DNA of 64,000 nucleotides from Amoebophrya sp. A120 (lineage: Eukaryota; Protista; Dinoflagellata): the NCBI GenBank assembly GCA_905178155.1, contig CAJINV010000001.1:4940747-5004746 (forward strand), written 5' to 3'. Shown here in pieces: positions 21,427 through 31,500 of this stretch; position 1 is the stretch's first letter, and every line of letters starts with the position of its first letter. The notes beneath the pieces are model-generated. The model saw nothing but the letters and a program-made list of their open reading frames with translations. It was not told where the DNA came from and searched no databases. A program made the translations under genes and the position numbers.

Positions 21427-24192
21427 TTATTTTTTGCGCAGCAACGGCATGTGGTGCCCCCATTTTCTCTGAAGGGCTTCTGTGCTGTCCTTCTCCGAGT
21501 CCGTGTCTTCGTCGGCAACCGGTGCCCTTGCAAGGGGAGTGGATTCCTGCCCCATGTCAACTACAGTTTCCCTATCCTTTCGGGCCGAAGCTAATTCTGC
21601 CAGCTCCGCCTTCTCAGACTCCTCTTCTGCATTCAGAAGAGCCAGCAGAAGTTCGCGAAATTTCATTCCGGAAGCACACAACTTCCCCTGATTCACGCTG
21701 GGGCCCAAGATCTTGTTACCGTGCCGATCGTAAAACAGGACAGCTGGCAGAAAGAAAGTGGGTCCGAGCACCCTCTTCGCGAGCGCGAAGTTACGATCCA
21801 CATCTACCTCCGCAAAAACCACTCGCCGACGATGATAAGCGAGGCTCACGGCATAATAGAATTCGTGAAACATGGCGCACGCCTGACACAAGTTGTTGCA
21901 AAACAGCACCGCCTTGATTATTGGCGGTCCCGCTTCCGAAGTTATACCTCCATTGAAAGGAGTCGTCGGCGGAGCCGGCGCATGAAGTGGCCCCTTCGGT
22001 GGTGGAGCCGGATTGTCGTCGTAATGGATGCCAACATCTCCAGTGTGGCGGTTCTTGTACCCCGACTTGCAGTTCGCCGCGCATTGCCCTCGGGTAGATG
22101 AGCACGCAGCGCTGCTGGATGAAGCGCCGAGGAAATTTCGGAGGTCTGCCTTGCTACTAATGGCGCAAGCTGCATCCTGTGATCGGTCCAGCGCAGCGCC
22201 GGAATCTTGGCCCTGGTCGCCGCGCTTGTCGAGCACAATGCCAAGTAGCTGGTGCGCGTCAAACCCGCCATCTGCAGTCGTCGGGGATTCCTCTACGTGG
22301 TCTATCGGAAGAGCAACTTGTGGGAGGTTGGCGTTCAAAGCGTGGCGCGGTGAAGACGTATTTCCCTCCGGCTGCGGCCCCTGGGTGGGCACACTCGACG
22401 AGGACGGGGACCCCACAGCTGACACGGATCCTCCTTCTGCGGCGGCAGCTGCGTCACCAAAACGCCGGCGGCCATAAATGATGATGTCCTCTAACTGGCG
22501 AAGCGAACTGATTTCAATAATGCTGCCTTCATCGTTCAAATTCAATTTGATTTTTGGCACCACGCCCTCAGCTTGTTTTTCCGAAGCGGCCGACGCAGCG
22601 GCGTCCGGATCGTATCTCTTCACAACGCAGAACCCTCTCGCTGTTTTCTTTGTGCCCGGAATGAAATTTTGCTCTGCAAAGAAGTCCAATTCCTCCTCCA
22701 TCCCCGTCACCTTAGTCGCGAACTCCGCTTCACCGTGATCGCTCCTGATTTGGTTTTCTAGCTGTAACTGCGTGTCGATAGCGGCGGCGTGGTCCCGCGT
22801 CTTTTTTTCGGTCTCGTTGAACGTGTAGGGAAAGTGGACCACACTGCTCAGATTCTCCTCTTTTCGGTGCGGGCGAGTCTGGCATGCGGCTGGGTGCCAG
22901 CAGCAAAAAATTGGGCTGCCGTCTCTTAGTGTTGCCGAAAACACGAGTGCGCGCCCTTGTTCTGCGGAGGGTCGCGAAATGCTAAAGATGGCCTGGCGGG
23001 TCGCTTTCCAGTTCTGCACCTCGTCCAATATATCGGACAAATGCAACTTTTGTGATGCTGGAAGTGGTTCTTCATCTTCTTGTTCTTTTGCAGCCTCCTC
23101 CGCAGCGACAGCGCTAGCACTTCCACTTGATGAGGCTGCTGCACTAGCCCCAGCGCGCCGTTTAGCTGCCTCCTCGTCAAGCGCACGCATCTCGCGGGGG
23201 TCCATCTGCAGCTTGAGCTTGTGCTTGGCCTTCATTTGTTCGTCAGCGCTTCCTGTCCGTTCTTGCGCTCCTACAACGCGCGTCGAGGCAAGCAGTTTCT
23301 TCGCCACGCGGTTGCAGTACAAAACCTTTCCAAACTCATCCGGAAGACGAACAGCCGAACTGATGCTTCTCTGATCCTTTTCTCCTCCCAGTCCTTCCGC
23401 TCCCGTAGTACTGTAGGAGGACAATCCAATGTGCCCCGCCCGCGTGCCGTTGTTTGTGGCACCTGCGTCACCCAGACCATTATGGTCGAGTTCGACATCG
23501 TGATCGTAGAGCTGCTTTTCCAGCTCGTTGCCCTGTCGCAGGTCGATCAGAAAGCATGCATTGCGCAGCATGTCCAGATGCTTTTCGTCGCGGACCGTGG
23601 CGCGTCCGAGCGACGCGGCAACGATATCCGCGAAATTACACAACAACAGCGCCGCTTCGTAGGTGATGTCGACGCGCGGGACGTAGTCGATCACGCAGAG
23701 TGCCCCGAGTCGGACCCCCTCCACGATGATGGGGCAGCCGCAGTAGAAGCGGATCTCTATATCTGATTGCACTATCGGGTTGTTCTTGAAACGCGGATCC
23801 AGTCGAGCATCGGGGACATACAGAATTTCAGGGACGTCGCTGAGCAGCGTGTGTGCGCAGAAAGACTTCTGCCGGGTCATTCCACAAGCGCTGCCGGAGA
23901 GCCCGATGTTGGACTTGAACCACTGGCGCTTTTCGTCGATGATGGTCGTCAGAACGATGGGCACCCGAAACAATCCTTTGACCACTCTTGTAACTTCGTC
24001 AATCTCCAAGTCCGGCAAGTCGTCAAGGAGGAGACTGTAGAGGTACCGCAAGCGATCCTGCTCATTATCCGGGAGCCCTACGCCGTAGATTCGGGTACCG
24101 GCAGCATCGAAGCAGGAATGTCGCTCCTCCTCCTCGTTTGCCTCGTTTATCAACTCTATCTCCCTCTTCCGCCCTTCTAGTACCTGATCCAT
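21427..24192 (-). CDS. GAF-domain protein with possible PAS-like segment and thioredoxin-like CxxC domain
   Basis: GAF: QWFKSNIGL, SFCAHTL, VPDARLDPRFKNNPIV, IRFYCGCP, LGALCVID. Trx-like: LFCNNLCQAC...VFAEVDVD...LPAVLFY. Confidence 0.85.
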   Translation of the reverse strand: MDQVLEGRKREIELINEANEEEERHSCFDAAGTRIYGVGLPDNEQDRLRYLYSLLLDDLPDLEIDEVTRVVKGLFRVPIVLTTIIDEKRQWFKSNIGLSGSACGMTRQKSFCAHTLLSDVPEILYVPDARLDPRFKNNPIVQSDIEIRFYCGCPIIVEGVRLGALCVIDYVPRVDITYEAALLLCNFADIVAASLGRATVRDEKHLDMLRNACFLIDLRQGNELEKQLYDHDVELDHNGLGDAGATNNGTRAGHIGLSSYSTTGAEGLGGEKDQRSISSAVRLPDEFGKVLYCNRVAKKLLASTRVVGAQERTGSADEQMKAKHKLKLQMDPREMRALDEEAAKRRAGASAAASSSGSASAVAAEEAAKEQEDEEPLPASQKLHLSDILDEVQNWKATRQAIFSISRPSAEQGRALVFSATLRDGSPIFCCWHPAACQTRPHRKEENLSSVVHFPYTFNETEKKTRDHAAAIDTQLQLENQIRSDHGEAEFATKVTGMEEELDFFAEQNFIPGTKKTARGFCVVKRYDPDAAASAASEKQAEGVVPKIKLNLNDEGSIIEISSLRQLEDIIIYGRRRFGDAAAAAEGGSVSAVGSPSSSSVPTQGPQPEGNTSSPRHALNANLPQVALPIDHVEESPTTADGGFDAHQLLGIVLDKRGDQGQDSGAALDRSQDAACAISSKADLRNFLGASSSSAACSSTRGQCAANCKSGYKNRHTGDVGIHYDDNPAPPPKGPLHAPAPPTTPFNGGITSEAGPPIIKAVLFCNNLCQACAMFHEFYYAVSLAYHRRRVVFAEVDVDRNFALAKRVLGPTFFLPAVLFYDRHGNKILGPSVNQGKLCASGMKFRELLLALLNAEEESEKAELAELASARKDRETVVDMGQESTPLARAPVADEDTDSEKDSTEALQRKWGHHMPLLRKK

Positions 24193-24498
24193 GATGTAAT
24201 TAAATTTGGGTAGTATTTGCTATATGATATCGTGGGGCGAACACAAAATGAAACTTCTCCCCAAATCCGCAGAGCGCTGGCGCCCCTCGACGGGCTGACG
24301 GCTTTACTTCGTATGTTCGTACGGTCCCGGGCAAATTCCGATGTTGTTGCATCGGAATTCTGTGTACAAAAATGGGGCCCACAGAGGTGGTTAGCCCATT
24401 CCGGCCCGCACGGGGTTCGCGCTGAAACTGTGCGACCTAGTCCCATTTGTCGTGATGCCTAGAAGTAGAATGTGATGTCTGTAATGCGTTGCTTAGAT

Positions 24499-24996
24499 TC
24501 AGAATGAATTAGGTACCGTGTGGGCGGCAGGAGCGCACGGCGCACGATTCTTCGTGTCTTGTGTCGCATCATGCGGAGGTGCCAGAGGGCTGGTTCCGGT
24601 AGTGGTCTCCGCATCTCGTTCTCGCTCGTCACTGCCATCGCTCACCATAATTGCTGCCCCCGAGCCCATCGCGGACTCAGGCACGGCACCCAAGGAGCCT
24701 GATGTTCTAGTAGTGCCAAACAAATCCGACGGGCTCTTCGAAGGCGTTTCCGCTTGTGACGGCTGCGATGTCGCCAAGAACTTCTTCTGCGTCTTCATCC
24801 CCGCCAGCTGCGCAGCTTGCTGTGTCAGCAACAAAAGCAACGCTAGACCTGTCGTCTTCGACACTGAAGCAGCTGGAGGCCTACTTCCGCTTCTCCGTCG
24901 CTGCGGAGACGAGTTGAGCACCCCACGGAAAACGTCAACTCTTTTCGTGCAGCTGCACCCACTGCAGCTTTTCGTACTTTTTTGCCCCTCTCCCAT
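24499..24996 (-). CDS. Hypothetical protein
   Basis: ATG-initiated 165-aa ORF with a hydrophobic stretch, on the same strand as all other genes. Confidence 0.3.
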   Translation of the reverse strand: MGEGQKSTKSCSGCSCTKRVDVFRGVLNSSPQRRRSGSRPPAASVSKTTGLALLLLLTQQAAQLAGMKTQKKFLATSQPSQAETPSKSPSDLFGTTRTSGSLGAVPESAMGSGAAIMVSDGSDERERDAETTTGTSPLAPPHDATQDTKNRAPCAPAAHTVPNSF

Positions 24997-25431
24997 TTTG
25001 TTTGATTTTTTTCCACCTGTAGTGCAGTGTGGGAGAGGATGTCCTAAATGGAGGAGACAGCCGAAGCCTGCTCGAAGCGATGTCGTCTAAAGGTCGGTCG
25101 TGAGCGCGAACCTAGCCTTGCCAGTACAAAGCTGGGAAGATGTTCTTGCTTGTAAGTAGTCTTGTCCGCGCCACAGGTGATGGATGCCGCCCTCACCACG
25201 AATTTATGAGCGGGCACAGCGTTGTAGTTTCAAACTACATGACGGGGCTAAATTCCGCGAGCATTGTGTTGAAGTCGCAATTTTGAATTTTCTTCGAGTA
25301 GTCTGGGGCATCGACGGAACTTGACGCTCCGCTAAGTCTATCAAGTAGGCACCGGAGTGAAAGAACAGGCGACTGTAGGCAAAGATATGGCAAGAAATCG
25401 CTATCACTAGTAGCCACGCGGGTGTAGAGGC

Positions 25432-25488
25432 TGTAGTACATCAAAGTTAAGAAAAACAATTGTAGTACATCAAAGTTAAGAAAAACAA
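25432..25488. repeat. Two-copy tandem duplication of TGTAGTACATCAAAGTTAAGAAAAACAA
   Basis: Identical 28-mers at 25432 and 25461. Confidence 0.8.
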
Positions 25489-26244
25489 AAACTGTTGGAC
25501 TTGGATGCGGCTAGATTTACATAAACAAACGCAGTTCCGTCGGTTTCGCAAGGTCGGTATCTGCTTTGAACAACGTCAATGAATAAAATTTGTCGTGTAG
25601 CTTGTTGTCTTGTGCTCAAGAAGAAGGTTTTACTGTTTCGAGTATGAATCTTGCGTTGGGCCGAGCGATTGATTGTTCATAGATCCATATCCAACTCAGT
25701 ATTCTTGTATTGTATTTGATCCGCTTCTTGTTTCCAACAGACGCGGCGCTCGCTCTTCGGCCAGGCTGTACTTGCAATGATCCGCCTGTCAACGCAGTTG
25801 TGGGAGCCAGACGTACCAGCAACACACAACGTCAAGTAGAGAAGCAGAAGGAGAACAACGTGCATGAAGGAAAGCGGGCGCATTGATGTGCGGACCTGCT
25901 TCGCGCACTTGGTTCCTTAATGTAGCAGTATTATTCAAGGGTCGTGCACACCAGGTGAACTAACAACATCCAACTCAGTCAACTCTGAGAAAACAAGCTA
26001 ATTTCGACGCACCTCTGAAGACAAACCATAGGACCTTGCAGGGAAAAATGGCTCAACAACTAGAGATGAATCAATTATAAAATCTATTCCATGTCTATCA
26101 GACGAAACGCGGCAACGATATTCTACATTTCTTTCACGCTCATCGTCAACATCCTCATGATGTTCCTCAAATTTGCAACAATAAACAAACATTGTACAAA
26201 TAATCCATGAAATAAATAGAAATTAACAAACTGCCAAGGATCGG

Positions 26245-27207
26245 TCACAGTCGACATTGCTCCGAGATTAGTCGACGCTTTTCGACGAGATGGCGTCTGT
26301 TATTGAGTTTTGATTTTTCATTTTTTTCTAAAGAAAGTTTTGTTGAATTATTTGATGAATTACAATTATCCGGTTTTTCTTTTTCAACATTTTTTTCTTT
26401 CCGGAAATAATACGCTGACAATACGCAAACCGTTCCTGAAAAAGCGAATAGGACTAGAGAAAAACTTAAATTGGACTTACCGTCGTTTGCAGCCCGCTTT
26501 TTCGACGCCCTGCTCCGCGAAATGGCTTCTTCTTCTCCATCCTCGCTCCTGGGCTGCACTCGGCTACCGGACAGATGCGCCACGGGACGGCTCTTGATGG
26601 CCCGTTCCTTGCGGGTCTCCAGCGGCGCCAGGATTGTCAGGTCCACCTTGGTCTTCTCGTTATGCGTGTCAAATGGAAAAATATTATCGATAGTGACTTC
26701 CATCATGTCATCAACACCTCGTGGAATCTTGTTCAATGCCATTGATGAACAAGATTCCACGTCGGTATTTTTGGGTGTCTCATCTAGTACAGAGGATTTC
26801 ATCGTGATGATGATAGATGAGCAATGTGGTCACATGATCTGCATGAGCTATGCCTATGGTGCTGTTCTCGACGTCGCCCGATCTCTACCACGTCGCCCTC
26901 GAGCTCGGGGCTGCTTCATTGTCAAATCAATAAATGCATGGAAATGATGGACGCGTCTTTCACTATCAAAAGTGATGTTCATTTTTTCTCTCTCGTAGTC
27001 CAGGACGAATTTGTAGAGCCCCGTGGAGAACCGCTCGGGAGCTGCAATGCACCACAAAAGCATGAGGAAGAAGATGCTCGAAAAGGTGCAGATTCGACGG
27101 ACCCACACCAGCGTCGGTGTCTCATCCAGGGATTCCTGATTCCTTCGCGCCGCCAGGATATGCTTCAGAGCAAACTGTGTACAAGTTGAAGTGAGATGAT
27201 TTTTCAT
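26245..27207 (-). CDS. Hypothetical membrane protein (exon structure unresolved)
   Basis: Two adjacent ORFs, each with one hydrophobic segment; no family recognised. Confidence 0.3.
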
Positions 27208-28525
27208 TCATTGATTGTGTTTGACCCTTTAATTTAATAGGTGCCAGCATTTTCATATTTCTTTATGATCTCATGCTTATCCTGGCTGCAGCTAGAGTAG
27301 CAGCGGCGAAAACAAGGGACAGAATCGAAAGAAACACCAGGAAAAAAAAGAAAGAACCACTGGAATCTTGTCCTTCGCCCATTCCGGAGCAAATTCATTG
27401 GTGTGATTGCATTTCTTCGGTAACAACTCGAAGATTGTGGTCTTGCTGTTGCTCTCCCCGGTTTCAGTTTGTGCGAGCTTCCTCCCGGAAATAGCCGGTA
27501 CTAAATGCAGACCAACCAGAAGAAACGAAAGAAAAATTCGGGCCCTCGTCATCTTCCTGTTCTTGCCCTTGGTCATGGATCGGCAGATGGGTACTGGTAC
27601 TTTGGTGTTAGAATTTCCTTGAAATTCTTGACAAGCATATCAAGCTATCCTTCCACACAAGTGAAAATTTTAAAAAAAAGGCGCCGGCTACAGGTATGAT
27701 GATCATAGGAATCACCTATTTGAAGTTTTCCGGGGGTGTCTGCACCCAGAGGACTTCAACTAGTGCGAAATTTCTTTCACGATAAGACCACGGGCACGAT
27801 GTACTTCTGTTTTTTGTAAACGAGAATATATAATACCACGAAGATGAGACGACCAAAAATCAAGACCGCTTGGTTGACGAATACGACCCGGCTCCCATGA
27901 AAACTACGAATTAATTCGAGAAGGCTGAATAACAACTGATAATCACAATCGGGTACTGATGTGATACTCAATTACAGCGGAGCTACTTACTTCCTTGTTC
28001 GTTCACCACGAGCGAAAATTTCGACAATTACAATGAGATGGAGAGAGGCCGCGATATTAGAGGTGAGATGGAAATAACGACAAACATTGAGATCAAGAAA
28101 TGAAGATGGAGTCGTCAAATTTGATCCTTCATGGACGATCGATGCGTTGCAAGTCATCTTACTTTTCTAGTATCACCTCCGCCATCGACAAAGATAACAC
28201 AAGCACCACCTGACCCTCCATCGAGGCATACAACTCCTTCGTCATGCCTTCGTTTCTCAATTGAAAAAGTTCTGCGCGTTCTTGCTAAATTCGATTCCAT
28301 TGCGAAAACGGTAGGTATTGAGTCTCCTTTACAGTCGTGACTTTAGCATTTTCCTTCTTTTGCAGTTCTTATCGTACCATCCTTCACACAGACAGCTGCA
28401 CGAGCAACCAGCAACTCTATTTTTCGATGCAAAGCACATCAAGGCTGCTTTTTGGAAATTTTCATTTTGGTATTTATCAAAAAGTATCGATTCCCAATGT
28501 TGGTACCATCCCTTTATTTCATTCA

Positions 28526-31500
28526 CTACTCTTCCCCAAGCAGCATCCGTCGTTGGTCGAGCAGCTTGGCCAGGAGTTCGTTCTCCTGTTCCGCGCCCAC
28601 CAAGACCTGTCCCTGCACCGTGTGCGTGATGGTTTCCTTCTTGGAATTTCCGTCGTCCGCAAAAATTTCCACCGCGCCCTTGCCCCCGAGCTCCATTTCC
28701 TCGTCCGTGTTCAGCTGCGTCGGGTTCGTGTCCATGGCGTCCACTACATCGCTGCGTTTTATCTCTCGCCACTCCCATATAACCCGCTCAGGTGGTACAG
28801 TCTCAAGCGTTGCAATAGAATATGCAAATCTGTGATGCAGGAGTGCATGACCTAGCCAAGTCTCATAGGATTGCGCATGACAAGTTCCGGAGCCCCAAAC
28901 CTGACGACGAGCTGGCGAAACTTGTATTGCGAAAGGTGGAACGCTGTGCGAGTCTGCCATGCTCATCATGCAACACAAATTCCAGATTCTATTGTAACGT
29001 TTGAGATTGTAACGTTTGAGCAAGTCATATCCCACCGCTCCTTCTTCTTGATCTCCTTCTGCACCTCCTGGATGCGGAGATCCAACACCCGCACGCTCTC
29101 CGACAGCGCGTTGCCGCTTTGCTGCTTGGTCTTGTCCAGGTAGGTGGCGAACCCGCCCAATTGGCGGCAGTTCTCGCCGAACCGCAGACTGGCGATGCTC
29201 TCGACCGCGTTCGCGTCCTCGGCGCCGGCGCAGATCACGCACAGCAGGTTGCGGGACAGCAAGCTCGGGCGCATGATTATCCCACGAAAAAAGTGTTACA
29301 GTTACACATTTGTTGGAGTTTCTGCATCACAAATTTTCTCTGTGTGACACAGAAAACTTGTAATGCGAAGATCATAAGGGAAAACAGGAAGGAGGCGCGG
29401 CTCGTAAGCATTTCCAGCATGAGAAAGGTTGTCTGTGTTGCCGGTCTTGCATAGACTATGTGTGTAACTGTAACACTTTTTTCTTGCGATAATGATCTGG
29501 GTCAGCTTGCTGTCGTAAAACGGGATGCGGGGAAGGTCTTGTGCTATGGATTGTAAAAATGTCTGGGTCTGGAAGAATGGAAGGTCTGTCATGCTCTGCC
29601 AGCATGACCCCAAAGTCTGTCATGCACGTTACCCAAGAGCCTCGTTTTTCTGTCATGCAGAAACGCAGTTTGTCATGCAGACCAGGCAACACCTCGAAGC
29701 TCAGAAACTTGTCATGCTGAGCCAGCACTTGTGGCCGCCTCATGATACGCCAACCAGCATCACAAGTTTCCAGACCCAGACATTTTTGCATTTGATATGT
29801 TCGGTCTGGACACGACCATTCTCGTTCGTTTCTAGCAGTGCCGCGATGCAGCGCTTCAAGGAAAGGAGCCCCAAGTTGATGAAAGCCGTCTCCTGCACGC
29901 GGGTATGGAGAGAAAAAAGTTGAGACCCTGACGCTCTGAGACCTAAGCCAACGAATCACGACGGCAGCGTGGTTTTCTTGTGTTGAGAATGAGGGAAAAA
30001 AAATAAGCATAGCGTCGCGATTTCGATTTCTGGACTTTTTTGGGGGATCCGCCCGCTCCCCGGGGATCGATCCGCCCATTCCCCGGGGATCCGCCTGTTC
30101 TCCGGGGATCCGCCCGGTGCCCGGGGATCCGCCCGCTCCCCGGGGATCCGCCTTCGGCCAGGGGATCCACCCGCCCCCCGGGGATCCGCCTTCGCCCAGG
30201 GGATCCACCCGTTCCCCGGGGATCCGCACGCTCCCCGGGGATCCGCCTTCGCCCAGGAGCCCACCCGTTCCCCGGGGATCCGCCTGTTACTCGGTGATCC
30301 GCCCGCTCCCCGGGGGTCCGCACCCACGCTCCCCGGGGATCCGCCTTCGCCCCGGGGATCCGCCCGCGCCCCGGGGGTCCATCCGCTTCCCGGGGATCCG
30401 CACGCTTTCCGGGGATCCGCCTTCGCCCAGGGGATCCGCCCGCGCCCCGGGGGTCCGTCCGCTTCCCGGGGATCCGCCTTCGCCCAGGGGATCCGTCCGC
30501 TTCCCGGGGATCCGCCTGCTACCCGGGGATCCGCCCGTTCCCCCGGGATCCGCCTTCGCCCAGGGGGTCCGCCGGCTTCCCGCGGGATCCACCTGTTCTC
30601 CGGGGGATCCGCACGCCCCCCGGGGATCCGCCTGCTTTCCGGGGGATCCGCCCTGTTCCCGGGGAAATCCGCCCGGCTGAGGTAGTGCGTACCACGGGGG
30701 AAAGGGCACGACAGACGACACAAATTGGGCCAGGGGATTCCGGAGAGGATTTTGGAGTCCCCGGAGGAATCCCCTCCGGAATCCCCTCCCGAAATCGACG
30801 CTGTGCCGCCGGGGAAAGACCGCGAAGCAGGGACGGCGCGAATCCGGTCCGAGGACTCCGGAGAGGATTTTGGAATCCTCTGCGGAATCCTCTGGGGAAT
30901 CCTCTCCCGAAATCGAGGCAATGCCGTCGGGGAAAGGGCGCGAAAGAGGGCTCAACTTGGGCCAGAGGATTCCGGAGAGAATTTTGGAATCCTCTCCGGA
31001 ATCCTCTGTGGAATCCTCCCCCGAAATCGAGGTAGTGCCGTCGGGGAAAGGCCGCGAAAGACGGCTCAACTTGGGCCAGAGGATTCCGGGGAGGATTTTG
31101 GAATCCTCTCCGGAATCCTCTGTGGAATCCTCTCTCGAAATCGAGGTAGTGCCGTCGGGGGAAGGGCGCGAAAGACGGCTCAACTTGGGCCAGAGGATTC
31201 CGGAGGGGATTTTGGAATCCTCTCCAGAAACCTCTGTGGAATCCTCCCCCGAAATCGAGGCAGTGCCGTCGGGGAAAGGGCGCGAAAGGCGGCCCAACTT
31301 GGGCCAGAGGATTCCGGAGAGGATTTTGGAATCCTCTCCGGAATCCTCTGTGGAATCCTCTCCCGAAATCGAGGCCACAACATCGGGGGAAGGCCCTCCG
31401 AGGCGGACCAAATTGGGCCAGAAACGAAATCCGCGAGGCAAATTCCGCGGGAAATGTGCGCCGGTTTGCCGGGGCCGCCAGGTTGCTCGCAATCCGCAGC

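Noticed and set aside
30720-31420. CRISPR-like regular repeats (also 61003-61375)
   Set aside because: Whole units repeat with no unique spacers, no cas genes, and a eukaryotic context.
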